DNA of 63,490 bases, counting the filler, from Octopus bimaculoides (taxonomy: Eukaryota): the NCBI RefSeq assembly GCF_001194135.2. It is 7 parts of 6 records of this genome, joined end to end, with 100 filler letters (N's around TTAATTAATTAA, not from the genome) between each part and the next. Parts side by side here need not be neighbours in the genome. Positions count along the whole stretch, not along the records: positions 1 to 11,541 come from NC_068985.1; 6 more parts are not named here. One strand, given 5' to 3'. Every line of letters starts with the position of its first letter. Position 1 is the stretch's first letter. This document shows positions 1 through 11,060 of this stretch, piece after piece. A program made the position numbers and the translations under genes. The notes beneath the pieces are model-generated. The model saw nothing but the letters and a program-made list of their open reading frames with translations. It was not told the origin of the DNA and ran no database searches.

Positions 1-497
1 TCGTTCATTCAAATTAAGCTTCTATAAATTACTCTAGAGAAAGACTTTTGTCATTGAATAACAAGCGATTCTTCCTTATCTCCATTCTATACTGCACACT
101 GGCCAGTCCTTGGTCAGTTTTGGTAGCATCTCAGGCATTTTCAGAAGAGGTTGCAAGCCCTTTGATTTAACCCTTCCCCAATTATAGAGACAGAGACACT
201 GTGAATGTGTCCTAAGATATTTTACACAGTATAATGGCACTAATGCAAAGAAAGTAAGAAAGTTCAATTCATTTCTTTTGTTCTTGACTAAAGTTCATTA
301 TTTCAATGTGAACTGGAGAAAGAAATGATTCTGAATTGAAAATCCCACCCCTTATTCTGTTCCTCCCCTGTCTCTGTTCTGTGGGAGTATGGAATAGGCT
401 TGAGCCTTTTGTCTTGCAGTTAAGTACATACAAACAAAAATAGTGTATTAAAAGTTGCATAACCAGGACTTACTGAAGTTGAAATACTGAACATATA

Positions 498-1756
498 TTG
501 AGTTGGCAACTAAGTTCCTGCCGTTTTTATAAATTTAAATTTTTTAAAAGGTTTAATAAAAAATAACAAGTAATTAATCAATAATGTATTCACCCTTGTT
601 GTTTACAGTTACTTCTCAATGTTCAATAAAATTTTCAATACCTAGTTGGTATTGAAAAATTGATGCAACCAAGCTCTCAATTCTGCAACAGTATTGAATG
701 AACTCCGTGCATAGCATTTGAAAGAGATCGAAAGAGATGGAAATCCGTTGGTGCCAAATCAGAAGAGTACAGCAGGTGTGGCAGCACTTCCCAGCCATGC
801 GTTTGAATGGCTTCCTTGGTCATATTGGCGATATGAGGGCAGGCGTTGTCGTGCAGCAGAACTCCATGCTGACGATTAGGTCTTTTCTCTTGAATAGCCG
901 TGTTGAGTCATTCTATCTGTTGAACATAGAGTTCCGCGTTGACCATTTGGTTCCGTTCAAGAAATTCGTAATGGATAATCCCTTCCCAGTCCCACCAGAT
1001 GCACAACATCGTTTTACGTGGATGAAGATATTGTTTCATGCGCAGTGTCGCTTGTTTACTGGGGCTAAACCATTCCTTATGCTGCTTCATATTGATGTAC
1101 AGGCACCATTTTTCGTCGTCAGTAACGATTTGGTAAAAAATAAAACGTTGCTTGTGTCCATGAGTTGAGCGGTGACTAGCAAGCAAACCAGCAGAGATTG
1201 TGGCTCATTAATTTTTGTTGTTGTCACTTAAAGCATGTGGAACCCATGATCCATACTTCTGAACCTTTCCCATCGAGTGAGGATGCTTCTCTATAGCAGT
1301 GTGGGAGCATTCCATTTTCTCTGCCAGTTCCCTTGTCGTTTGACAAGAATTTTCGTGCAAAAGTTGGTTTCATTGCTCTTCATTGAACTCAACTGGACGG
1401 CCAGAATGAGGTGTGTCATTGAGGTCAAAATTTCCATTTTTGAACTTTGCACACCAATCAAGAGTGGTTCTTTCAGCTATGGCACCCTTTCCATACACAG
1501 CACGAATGTCACAAGCAGCTTTTGCAGCCTTAAAACCTTGATTAAAAGCAAAAAGAAGGAGGTGTCAAAAATGCTCGTTTTTCTTAACTTTACATTCCAT
1601 TTTAATGATCTGAAAATAAACTAAAATTAACTAGAAAAAAAAAAAAGATTCCAAAATAATTCAAAAGAAGAATTCTCGAAAAAAAGATTACAAAATTTAA
1701 AAATGCAATAAATTCCAAAATTTAAAAAAACGGCAGGAACTTAGTTGCCAATTCAA
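498..1756 (-). mobile_element. Full-length mariner DNA transposon (DD34D), defective
   Basis: Seen: TIR TTGAGTTGGCAACTAAGTTCCTGCCGTTTT at 498 with its inverse ending at 1756 (1 mismatch), and TA duplications at 496-497 and 1757-1758. Known: TIR and TA target site are typical of mariner. Confidence 0.95.
574..1600 (-). pseudogene. Mariner transposase pseudogene
   Basis: Seen: start MECKVKKNEHF, IVTDDEKWCLY, LHPRKTMLCIWWDWEGIIHYE, HDNACPH...YSSDLAPTDFHLF (34 residues between the D residues) and C-terminus NNKGEYIID*. Interrupted by stops and frameshifts. Confidence 0.92.
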
Positions 1757-1915
1757 TATATTTTGTGTTGTCTCATATCAACAATGTCATGCCTTCTCTT
1801 ACTATTTCCTACATTTATACATCCTTATATTGTTATCATATTTATATACATCACAGTTTCTACATAATTTGAAGGTAAAAATTAAATTTAAGCAGAATCT
1901 TATAAAATTACTTAC

Positions 1916-1980
1916 ATGACGTCTTGACTTCTAACATCCTTTGTATACTTATTAATTTCCAGTTCGAAGTCTCTATATTT
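1916..1980 (-). CDS. Candidate internal exon of an unidentified gene (KYRDFELEINKYTKDVRSQDV)
   Basis: Seen: acceptor tttttattgtaaacttttctag, donor AT|gtaagt, 65 nt, two open frames. Product not recognised. Confidence 0.38.
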
Positions 1981-2326
1981 CTAGAAAAGTTTACAATAAA
2001 AACATTTGTTGTAACTTCATAAAATAAAAGCAAGTTCTGTTTTGGACTGGTTTCCAAAATGAAAAAAAAACATTACCTGACTCACAGAAACACTTTAAAA
2101 AAACAAAACTAGTCCTTTTCTCTATACATGCTAACTTTTAGTAAAGAGCTGAAATCATTGACTGATGGGGGATATTACCTAACTTGAGAAGTGATGCAGT
2201 AAAGGGACGTAACATAATACTACAAGGCATTTAATCTTGCACTGTAAACTGATTTTGATATTCCTTTCTTAAAAGAAGATTCTATGCAGTCACTAAAAGA
2301 TAGCAGCAAAAAAAAGACAAAAAGTA

Positions 2327-2720
2327 AGGCATGGCTGCGTGGTAAGAAATTGGTTTCCCAACAACATGACTCTAGGTTCAGTCCTACTGTGTGCAATCTT
2401 GGGCACATATCTTTTACTATAGCTTTGGGCCAATCAAAATCTTGTGAGTTTGTGAGTAGGGTTAGGGTTACAGAGACTGAAAGAAGCCTGCCACACACAC
2501 GTGTGTGTGTGTCTTTGTTTGTCCACAACCACTGCTTGACAACCAGTGTTGGTGTGTTTATGCCCCCATAACCTAGCAGTCCACCAAAAATTGATCAAGA
2601 GAAGAAGTACCAATCTTGAAAACAATAGGTACAGGGGTTGATACATTCCACTAAAAATTATGAAAAGTGGTACCCCAGCATGGCCACCGTCCAGTGACTG
2701 AAACAAGATGAAAGGTGAAA
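2327..2720 (+). mobile_element. tRNA-derived SINE, family C (my label), CpG-decayed copy
   Basis: Seen: head TGGCTGCGTGGTAAG...GGTTCAGTCC, CORE-like GGGCACATATCTT, central (GT)n and tail CAGCATGGCC...CTGAAACAAG. Homologous to 33815-34270 and 52015-52375. Confidence 0.8.
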
Positions 2721-2959
2721 GATATATTGTATATTGCTGTATCAAGATACACAGTGAGTCCATTAGCTTCTATTCCAATGGAGAAATGGGTACTTCTCCT
2801 ACCAGCCACAAACTCTACCTCTGCCTATCACCTGAATTGTTGTATGTTGTGTTATTAGACGTGAAAAGATGGAAAGCTATGTTGACCTCCGCACAATTTT
2901 GAATACAGAAATTCAAGAAAGGTGTTATGCTGTCAGTTGATTGCTCAGCTAAATCTTCA

Positions 2960-3345
2960 TCAACTATCATCTTTAAAATGTCTTAAACAAGTTTGTTAGA
3001 AGGGGCAGGTAAGTTTCCTTAATATTTTGGTAGCGCTGTCTCAGACTTGTAAGAATTTCCAACCTCAACATCTGAAGGAAAAAACAGATGGATGGAGAGG
3101 AAACTGTTGATTTGGTCCAAATGCATGAAGGTGAGAGAATTGNNNNNNNNNNTTGATTTGGTCCAAATGCATGAAGGTGAGAGAATTGATGCTAAAGGCA
3201 CCCAAGAAGCAGATGGTGGTGTTAAACTGGGTGGCATGTAAACCCTGTACCCAGTTTCCTGATAAAGCAAAGTAGTTTGATGAAAACCAAACAGTTGGTC
3301 ATCTTATGTCCATATGAATGAAAATAACAACCTGTAGATTGGAAA
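2960..3345. repeat. Unclassified interspersed repeat, copy 1 of 3
   Basis: Seen: alignable to 3600-3888 and 7600-7870 (shared CTCAGACTTGTAAGAATTTC and CTGTTGATTTGGTCCAAATGCATGAAGGTGAG blocks). Confidence 0.75.
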
Positions 3346-3359
3346 NNNNNNNNNNGGGT

Positions 3360-3580
3360 TGATTTTATGTGGCACCAGCACCCATGAGCCTCCGTTAGAG
3401 AAGGAAGCAATGGGCATGCCTGTATGCAAGGACAACCCCACCTCTGCTTAGCTTGACATGTCTTGTCAAGTACAGCAAGCCACCAGGAGCCCCGGTCCCT
3501 GTCATCCTCTCTGTGCGACCCAACATCTGAAGATCGTCTCTCACCACTTCATCCCACATCCTCCTGGGTCTACCACTTCT
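3360..3580 (-). mobile_element. RTE LINE 3' fragment
   Basis: Seen: CACCACTTCATCCCACATCCTCCTGGGTCTACCACTTC matches the C-terminal coding end of the RTE at 9410-9450. Confidence 0.55.
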
Positions 3581-3599
3581 ACTTTAAAAGTTTTTGAAT

Positions 3600-3888
3600 A
3601 ACTTTTTCTGGAGGGGCAGGTTAGTTTCTATTTTAATTTGGTAAAGCTGTTTGTTGCTTGACCTCAACATCTGAAGGAAAAAACAAATGGATGGAGAGGA
3701 AACTGTTGATTTGGTCCAAATGCATGAAGGTGAGAGAATTCATACAAAAGAAGCAGATGGTGGTGTTAAACTGGGTGGTATGTAAACCTTGTACCCAGTT
3801 TCCTGATAAAACAATGGACTTTGATGAAAACCAAACAGCTGGTCATCTTATGTCCATATGAATGAAAATAACAACCTGTAGATTGGAA
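3600..3888. repeat. Unclassified interspersed repeat, copy 2 of 3
   Basis: Seen: near-identical to 2990-3345. Confidence 0.75.
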
Positions 3889-4377
3889 ATCATCATCATC
3901 ACCATCATCATAGTTTTAATATTCACATTATATAGCCTTCATAGGTCTGGCAGAATTCATTCACGTAGTATTTTTGCATTGTAAGGACTTAATGTGTTTC
4001 CTTGGTCTTTAGACTCCCAGGGAAAGACAATTGGAGCTAAACAACAATAACTGTAACAGTAACAACAATAACCACAAATATCACAGTCAATGCTTCTGCT
4101 GCTGCTGGGGGTGGTGGTGGTGTTGTTGCTACCTCTACTATTTAAAAAAATGAATACCCCCAACAATTCACCTTCAAAAGCAAAACATTAAATCTAAAAA
4201 CGACTGTTAAGGGCTCTGGCTGGATGAGATAAAACAGAGGTGAGAGATACCAAGCCTGTGGTCAGGATGCTTGTCTGTTTCAACTCACATTAACAGAGCA
4301 TCTACTAACTTATTTCCAACAGCTACACAAACTCAATATGCTGTCTAGTACAAAATAAATAAATAATAAGAACTAAC

Positions 4378-4411
4378 CTGTGTATATCCACAATATTTTT
4401 CTGCTAGATAT
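4378..4411 (-). CDS. Candidate 34-nt internal exon (YLAEKYCGYTQ)
   Basis: Seen: strong acceptor cctttctttcttttgcag and donor CAG|gttagt. Phase-compatible with 5943-6001 and 1916-1980. Confidence 0.4.
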
Positions 4412-4764
4412 CTGCAAAAGAAAGAAAGGAACACACTTCATCATGACTATCATCATCATTTTTATGCCTCTAGACAATCAAAAATATCATAAGATTATAA
4501 CATTTTTTACAACTTCATCTTTAAACACGAAGACAGAATGTGTTGCTGAAGAGGTTACAGATGTATGACAATAAATTTCTGGATAATGGACACACGTTAG
4601 TAAAAGAACAGTAATAAATGAGTGAAAAACAATATATAGAGCATGTGTTTATTTTCAAAATACAACTCATGAGAATTTAAAGACAATCATCGGTCCTCAG
4701 TCCCTTCTTGTTCATCATAGTCCTCTATGCAATAACAGAGGATATAATTTATATCTTTTTTATA

Positions 4765-5017
4765 TTTGTTTCAGTTATTAGACTGCAACCATGTTGGGGC
4801 ACTGCTTTCGAGAATTTTAGTTAAAGGAATCAACCCCTGAACATATTTTTTAAACCTGTCATTTGTTCTGTTGGTCTTTTTTGCAGAACCTCTAAGTCAT
4901 GGTGATGCAAGCACAACAACACTGGTTGTTAAGCAGTGGTGTGGGATAAACACAAAGGCACACATGCACACAGATCCAAACACACACTAACATACAGACA
5001 TACATACGTATATATAN
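4765..5017 (-). mobile_element. SINE family C 3' half, CpG-decayed
   Basis: Seen: TTTGTTTCAGTTATTAGACTGCAACCATGTTGGGGCAC tail in inverse orientation, running into (AC)/(AT) repeats and a gap. Confidence 0.7.
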
Positions 5018-5392
5018 NNNNNNNNNNNNNNNNNNNNNNNNNNNNNNNNNNNNNNNNNNNNNNNNNNNNNNNNNNNNNNNNNNNNNNNNNNNNNNNNNNN
5101 NNNNNNNNNNNNNNNNNNNNNNNNNNNNNNNNNNNNNNNNNNNNNNNNNNNNNNNNNNNNNNNNNNNNNNNNNNNNNNNNNNNNNNNNNNNNNNNNNNNN
5201 NNNNNNNNNNNNNNNNNNNNNNNNNNNNNNNNNNNNNNTTCATATTTATGATTTTAATTCTTAATTTTGTAAAGTTTATTTTTTTAGTGCTTAATTTAAT
5301 GCTTAAGTTTTAAGGTGATGTAAAACTAGATGAACAATATTCTAAAAAAAGAACCTGAAGATGTGTTGGTAGAATTGTAAAACTCATGATTG

Positions 5393-5436
<44 letters not shown>

Positions 5437-5942
5437 TATTATAATCTTCCAATACTTAAACATGTGTAGTTCCTTCATAATTGATAATTTTAACTTAAGT
5501 AGGAGATAATTAAGGAAGTATATTTTATACCCTGCTGGTGTACTGGTTATATCCTTTAAAGTATTATTTTATGATGTGCAAATGGATACCATGAGTTTAC
5601 CTTCAGAGATGCTCATTAGGTTATTTTTTTTGCATAATTTGAAATAGAATATCCACATGTCTATAAATCCCCAAAACTGAATTATTATTAATTTCTATTA
5701 TATATTTTGTATATTTCTAGATATATACATATAAATATATGATAATCAAGATCCCACTGCACGATATGCAGATGCATGTAATGGTAAAGGGTTGTACCTG
5801 ATTAATTTGGAAATTCGTTTTCCCAAATTATTCAAATTAAAATATATATATCATTATATTGTGATCACGTTTACACAACATCATCTCCTCATTTCAATAA
5901 AATAAAAATCCAATTTAAATAAAATTTAATACAAATATTTAC

Positions 5943-6001
5943 AAAGCTCTTTCTCTGAGAATAACATCAATTTTCAGTTCCCTGCAAAGATCTCCATAAC
6001 C
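5943..6001 (-). CDS. Candidate 59-nt internal exon (GYGDLCRELKIDVILRERA)
   Basis: Seen: acceptor ctttcattttgaatatttgcag, donor TTT|gtaaat, one open frame. Confidence 0.35.
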
Positions 6002-6080
6002 CTGCAAATATTCAAAATGAAAGCATATGTTTAGACTTTATAATAAAATTAATGATTTAACATCAGTAGTTCTATTTTAC

Positions 6081-6246
6081 CATGTAATTGACTCTTCAAT
6101 CAAACTGGATATTGCCTGACTTCGTGAAGTAATTGGTTGTTTTGCTTCTCTACATCCACAGCAACATCAAATTTCAGATGTTTGACTCAAAAACTGACGG
6201 AAACATTGGAATAATTCCAGAACATATTCTTTCAACCAACTTTGTA
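6081..6246 (-). other. Exon-like segment with stops in all three frames
   Basis: Seen: acceptor actttaattttcctacag and donor CATG|gtaaaa. A shorter 48-nt version ending CC|gtcagt is open in two frames. Confidence 0.2.
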
Positions 6247-6949
6247 CTGTAGGAAAATTAAAGTAATAATTTCTAAACAATGCACAAGATCACACATTTT
6301 GTAGGAGTCTAGTTATTTGCCCACAGAACTCAACTAATAAAGGAATGTGGTTTACTACTTAGGGTTTTAACTTCACAATTATAAAGTAATGGCTTTGGTT
6401 CCTGGACCAAGAGGTACATTATGCTCCTGAGTAAAACAGTTCAGTATATTTCCCTCCAGTCTACTTAGCTGACAATAAGCAACAACTGAGTGGTGCTGGA
6501 GCACTCTCTCACTCCAGCTACCATGTCCTCACTGTTGGGTGAAAGGTAGGATGGTTGAGAAGTTGTTTGTATCAAATTGTCACTGCATAGACACATAAAA
6601 CACTTAGTGAAAGTATAGTTTCAGATTATATTACTCTGTGTGAGATAGCTATGGAGTTATTTTTGTGGGTTACTTTTCTAAATACTTGACTAATATTTAT
6701 TTTCTGAAATCAGGAAAGATGAAAGACAAAATTGACAAATGTGAGATTCAGAATCAGGCAATAATCCTCCACTTCATTAAAAGAAGTGGCAAAATATTCA
6801 TTACATTTAAAAAAAAAAATTTTTAAATAGAAGTGTTGGAGTTTGGGATATACTGGATCCTGTAGTACCTCGATATAGGATTTCTGTGAAGGAAGAGAAC
6901 AAAATGGTAACAGCTTCAAAGACATTGCTCATTCAGAACTGACTTGGAA

Positions 6950-7172
6950 TTTAGCCTTTCAGACTAAATGTGCCCATATTCAGCCGAAATATTCTACTTG
7001 TTCTATATTCACACCAGCCACATCACACTTCTCACACCTACCATACAATGACATTCTAAAAATAATCACAACACTGAAGTCTTAAAGCTACAAGATAATG
7101 CATGATTAATTCAAAAGAATGTGGGTAAATAAGCATTACATTTGATAGTGGAATCTGAATTCTAAAGAATTA
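6950..7172. mobile_element. Degenerate MITE, possibly piggyBac-like (partial second copy at 8108-8184)
   Basis: Seen: GATAATGCATGATTAATTC and CAGATT...GTCAAATG blocks shared inversely with 8108-8184, and decayed TTAA-CCCTTT-like ends. Family assignment is inference. Confidence 0.35.
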
Positions 7173-7599
7173 AACAAAAATAACAAAAATAATAAAATTA
7201 AATATGAATCCAATACAAGAAACAAAGGCTTTCTCCTTCATTAGTTTCAATATCAAAGCTGTAGTGGGTACTTCTACCAACACAACTTCTACAACTTTAC
7301 TTGTGTTATCAAGCTTCAATAAATGGGATGCTACACTGAACTCACTGGCATTTCAATTCAGAAATTGTAAACATTAAACGAGTATATCAAAATTTTGTAT
7401 ACCATCAAGTCTCTTCCTCTTAATGCTGTGCCAAATTACCAATATTCAAAAGAGGTGTAGAATTCCAAAACAACGTAGGGAAGCAAAATATGTTTGGCAA
7501 ATGAAATAAATCTAATCTCTAGTCCCTAACAGAGAAGGACCCTCACAGAAGGCAGCATATAATCATTCCATTTGCTTAATTATAGCAACCAAATTGTCA

Positions 7600-7870
7600 T
7601 CAACTATCATCCTTGAAATGGCATCAGCTTATATGAAGTTCTTCAATTTCAGACAATGATCCAAAAGAAAGACAATACTTTTATGATTTTTTTTGTAAGT
7701 TTGTTAGATGAGGCAAATTAGTTTCCATGACATTTTGGTAGCCCTGCCTCAGACTTGTAAGAATTTCAGTGTTTAACCTGAATAACTGAAGGTAAACAAT
7801 AATCGGTGGAGAGGAACTGCTGATTTGGTTCAAATGCATGAAAGTGAGGGAATTCTCAGTAAAGTCACCC
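7600..7870. repeat. Unclassified interspersed repeat, copy 3 of 3 (more diverged)
   Basis: Seen: CAACTATCATCCTTGAAATG...CTCAGACTTGTAAGAATTTC...CTGATTTGGTTCAAATGCATGAAAG. Confidence 0.7.
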
Positions 7871-8632
7871 AAGAATCAATCTTTTAAATTATTCTGGTAG
7901 AAAACAAGAGAAATTTCAGTCGTGACATCTCTAATTAGAAACACATCAGAATGAACAGGTGACTTAGATGAAACTGCACCTTGTTACCTAATGTGATGTC
8001 ACAGGTAGGCTAATGATATTGTTTACCTTATTTCTTAAATGAATTCTTAAGTCTTTAGAAAAACCTTCAGAGATGACAGAATGTTGAAGGTTTTTGCAGG
8101 TTTATTTTTAATCCTTTAACAGATTATTCAGTCAAATGCAATGGATATTTATCCATATTGTCCTGAATTAATCATGCATTATCTNNNNNNNNNNNNNNNN
8201 NNNNNNNNNNNNNNNNNNNNNNNNNNNNNNNNNNNNNNNNNNNNNNNNNNNNNNNNNNNACTAACTGCTAAATTAATTCCAACATTGGCATGAATTGAGG
8301 TAGAGGAAGGGCTGAATAAATAAATTAAAAAAGAAAAAAACACCTGCACGGGATTTGATCCTATGACCTATGAGCATGTAATCCAATATTTTATTCCTAC
8401 AACCGTCGCATTTTGGCAGGTGTATATACTTTGGCAGTCTATAATTAAATAATACCAGATTTAGTAACAAATCAGTTCTTTCTAGTTCTGTTGTAATTGT
8501 TTAGCCCCAGGCCAGTCCCGATCCAGCAGACCAACTATCCCAAGATAGTGTTTCTTATGACTAAACAATTTTGCAGGGCCTCCATCACTGGTAGGAAAAG
8601 GGGAGGATCAAACCATCACTTGTTTGGTATTG

Positions 8633-11060
8633 TCATCATCATCATTTAACATCCGCATTCCATGCTTGGATGATTTGACTGAGGTCTGGTGAACAGATTG
8701 GCTGCACCAGGCTCCAATCTGATTTGGCAGTTTCTACATCTGGATACTCTTCCTAACGCCAACCACTCTGAGAGTGTAGTGGGTGCTTTTACGTGCCACT
8801 GGCACGAGGACCAGTCAAACGGTACTGGCAACAGCCACACTCAAAAAGGCGTTTTTTACGTGCCACCTGCATGGGAGCCAGTCCAGCAGCACTGGCAACG
8901 ACCTCACTTGAATAATTTTTCTAACGTGCCAGGAAGGTGATGCTATAACAATTCCACTCAAATGGTGATTTTTACGGGCCACTAGCACGGAAGCCAGACA
9001 TCTGCTCTGGCAATGAACACGCTCGGACAGTACTGTTAATGCTCCACTGGCGCAGGTGCCAGTCATCGAGTATGTTTCAATTACGATTTTGATTTCACTT
9101 GCCCCAACAGGTCTTCGCAAGCAGAGTTTAGTGTCCACAGAAGGAGAGGTTAGCATGGGTGCCAGTCGTCAGGTTCGGTACGATTACGATTTCTGATTTC
9201 AAATTCACTTGCCTCAAAAGGTCTTCACAAGCAGAGTTTTTAGTGTCCAATGAAGTAAAGATACGAATTAGTGAGCTGGCTACACTTCTGGCAGAGGTCA
9301 CAAATTACACTCTCACTTGGCTTGCCGAGTCTTCTCACGTACTGCATATTTTCAAAGGTCCTGGTCATTGGTCATTGCCTCGGTGAGGCCTAAAGTTCAA
9401 AGGTTGTGCTTCACCACCTCATCCCAGGTCTTCCTGGGTCTACCTCTTCCACAGGTTCCTTCAACCACTTGGGTGTGGTACTTTTTCACACAGCTATCCT
9501 CATCCATTCTTGCCACATGTCCACACCAGTGCAAACATCTCTCTTGCACACCACAACTGATGCTTCTTAGGTCTAACTTTTCTCTCAAGGTACTTACACT
9601 ATGTCGCATATGCACACTGAAATTACACATCCGTCAGAGCATACTGGCTTTGTTTCTTGCAAGCTTACGCATGTCCTTAGCGGTCACGGCCCATGTTTCA
9701 CTACCATGTAGCATGGCTGTTCGTACACATGCGTCATACAGTCTGCCTTTTACTCTGAGTGAGAGGCCCTTTGTCACCAGCAGAAGTATGAGCCCTCTGA
9801 ACTTTGCCCAGGCTATTCTTATTCTAGCAGCTACACTTTCAGTGCACCCTACCCCACTACAAACTTGGTCACTTATGTAGTGGAAGCTATCAACTACTTC
9901 TAGTTTTTCTCCCTGGAGTGTGGCAAAGGTTGTTTTCTGCACATTTTCAGTGTTTATAGCTCCTGAGCATCTGCCACATACAAAAACTATCTTGCTAGTT
10001 AGCCTTCCTTTGATATTGCTGCACCTTTTATGTGCCCATAGCTTACACTGGGTACATCTTATGGAGTTTCTACCTACGCCTTTTCTACAGATCGAGCAGG
10101 GCCATCTACCTGAAGGAGTTTGTGTTTTGTCTACCTTCCTACTTATTAGGACTTTGGTTTTAGCTAAGTTGACTCTAAGGCCCTTCGATTCTAGTCCTTG
10201 CTTCCACACCTGAAACTTCTCTAGTTCTGATAGCGACTCAGCAATTAGGGCAAGGTCATCAGTATAGAGGAGCTCTCAGGGACATCCCACCTTGAATTGC
10301 TGTGTAATTGCCTGGAGGACTATGATAAATAGGAGGGGGCTGAGGACTGAACCTTGGTGGACCCCTACCTCTACCCGGAATTCTTCACTGTACTCGTTGC
10401 CAGCCCTCACCTTACTGACAGTGTCCCTGTACATGGCTTGCACAGCTCTCACTAATCATTCTTCTATCCCTAGTTTCCTCATTGACCACCAGATAAGGGA
10501 TCGGGGGACTCTGTCAAAGGCTTTCTCCATGTCAATGAAAGCCAGGTACAGAGGTTTATCTTTGGCTAGGTATTTCTCCTGCAGCTGTCTTACTAGAAAT
10601 ATAGCATCAGTAGTGCTTTTCTCTGGAATGAACCTAAACTGCATCTCATCTAAACTGACTCTCTCCCTAATTTGTTGGGCTATGACCCTCTCAGTGACCT
10701 TCATTAACTGGTCCAACAACTTGATACCTCTGTAACTGTTTGTGTCTAAAGTGTCACCTTTACCATTGTAGCAGTTGACTATGGTGCTGCTACACCAGTC
10801 ATTGTGTATGACTCCTTCGTGTACCACCTGATTAACTATACGGGTGACTAGGCTATAGTTGACACTGCCAGATATTTTGAGCATCTCTGCAGTGATTCCT
10901 GATGGGCCGGGGGTGTTCCCTGTCTTTATACTCTTGATCGCTTTATCTACTAAGGTACTGTCAATTAGGATAGCTGGTCCCTCTGTTGGGTTGACATTCA
11001 GCAGACTCATCCTCCCATTCATTCTCTTTATTAAGCAGTCTTCCATAGTGGCGTCTCCAA
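8633..11060 (-). mobile_element. 5'-truncated RTE-clade LINE with 3' UTR and (GAT)n tail
   Basis: Seen: RT motifs YRGIKLL, LAFIDMEKAFDRVPR, HQGSVLSPLLF and LLYTDDLAL; C-terminal LHGSETWAVT and WCGHVARM; short trinucleotide tail at 8633-8645. Confidence 0.92.
9397..11046 (-). pseudogene. RTE reverse transcriptase ORF remnant with a C4HC3 (PHD-like) insertion
   Basis: Seen: ORF pieces 10456-11046, 9634-10209 and 9397-9630 are co-linear and broken by stops/frameshifts. Confidence 0.9.

Noticed and set aside
3107-3188. Perfect 36-bp direct repeat
   Set aside because: The copies flank a 10-N gap, so this is most likely an unmerged contig overlap (assembly artefact).
4289-4344. Extra exon TAY*VCVAVGNKLVDALL with in-frame TGA (selenocysteine idea)
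   Set aside because: It would need a 33-nt intron after the 4378 donor, which is too short; I also saw no SECIS evidence.
5943-6001. GYGDL as a potassium-channel filter, or LCRELKI...RERA as an RB/TFIIB cyclin fold
   Set aside because: There is no preceding TT(V/I) or following PxTxxGR, and the cyclin-fold resemblance does not extend convincingly to neighbouring exons.
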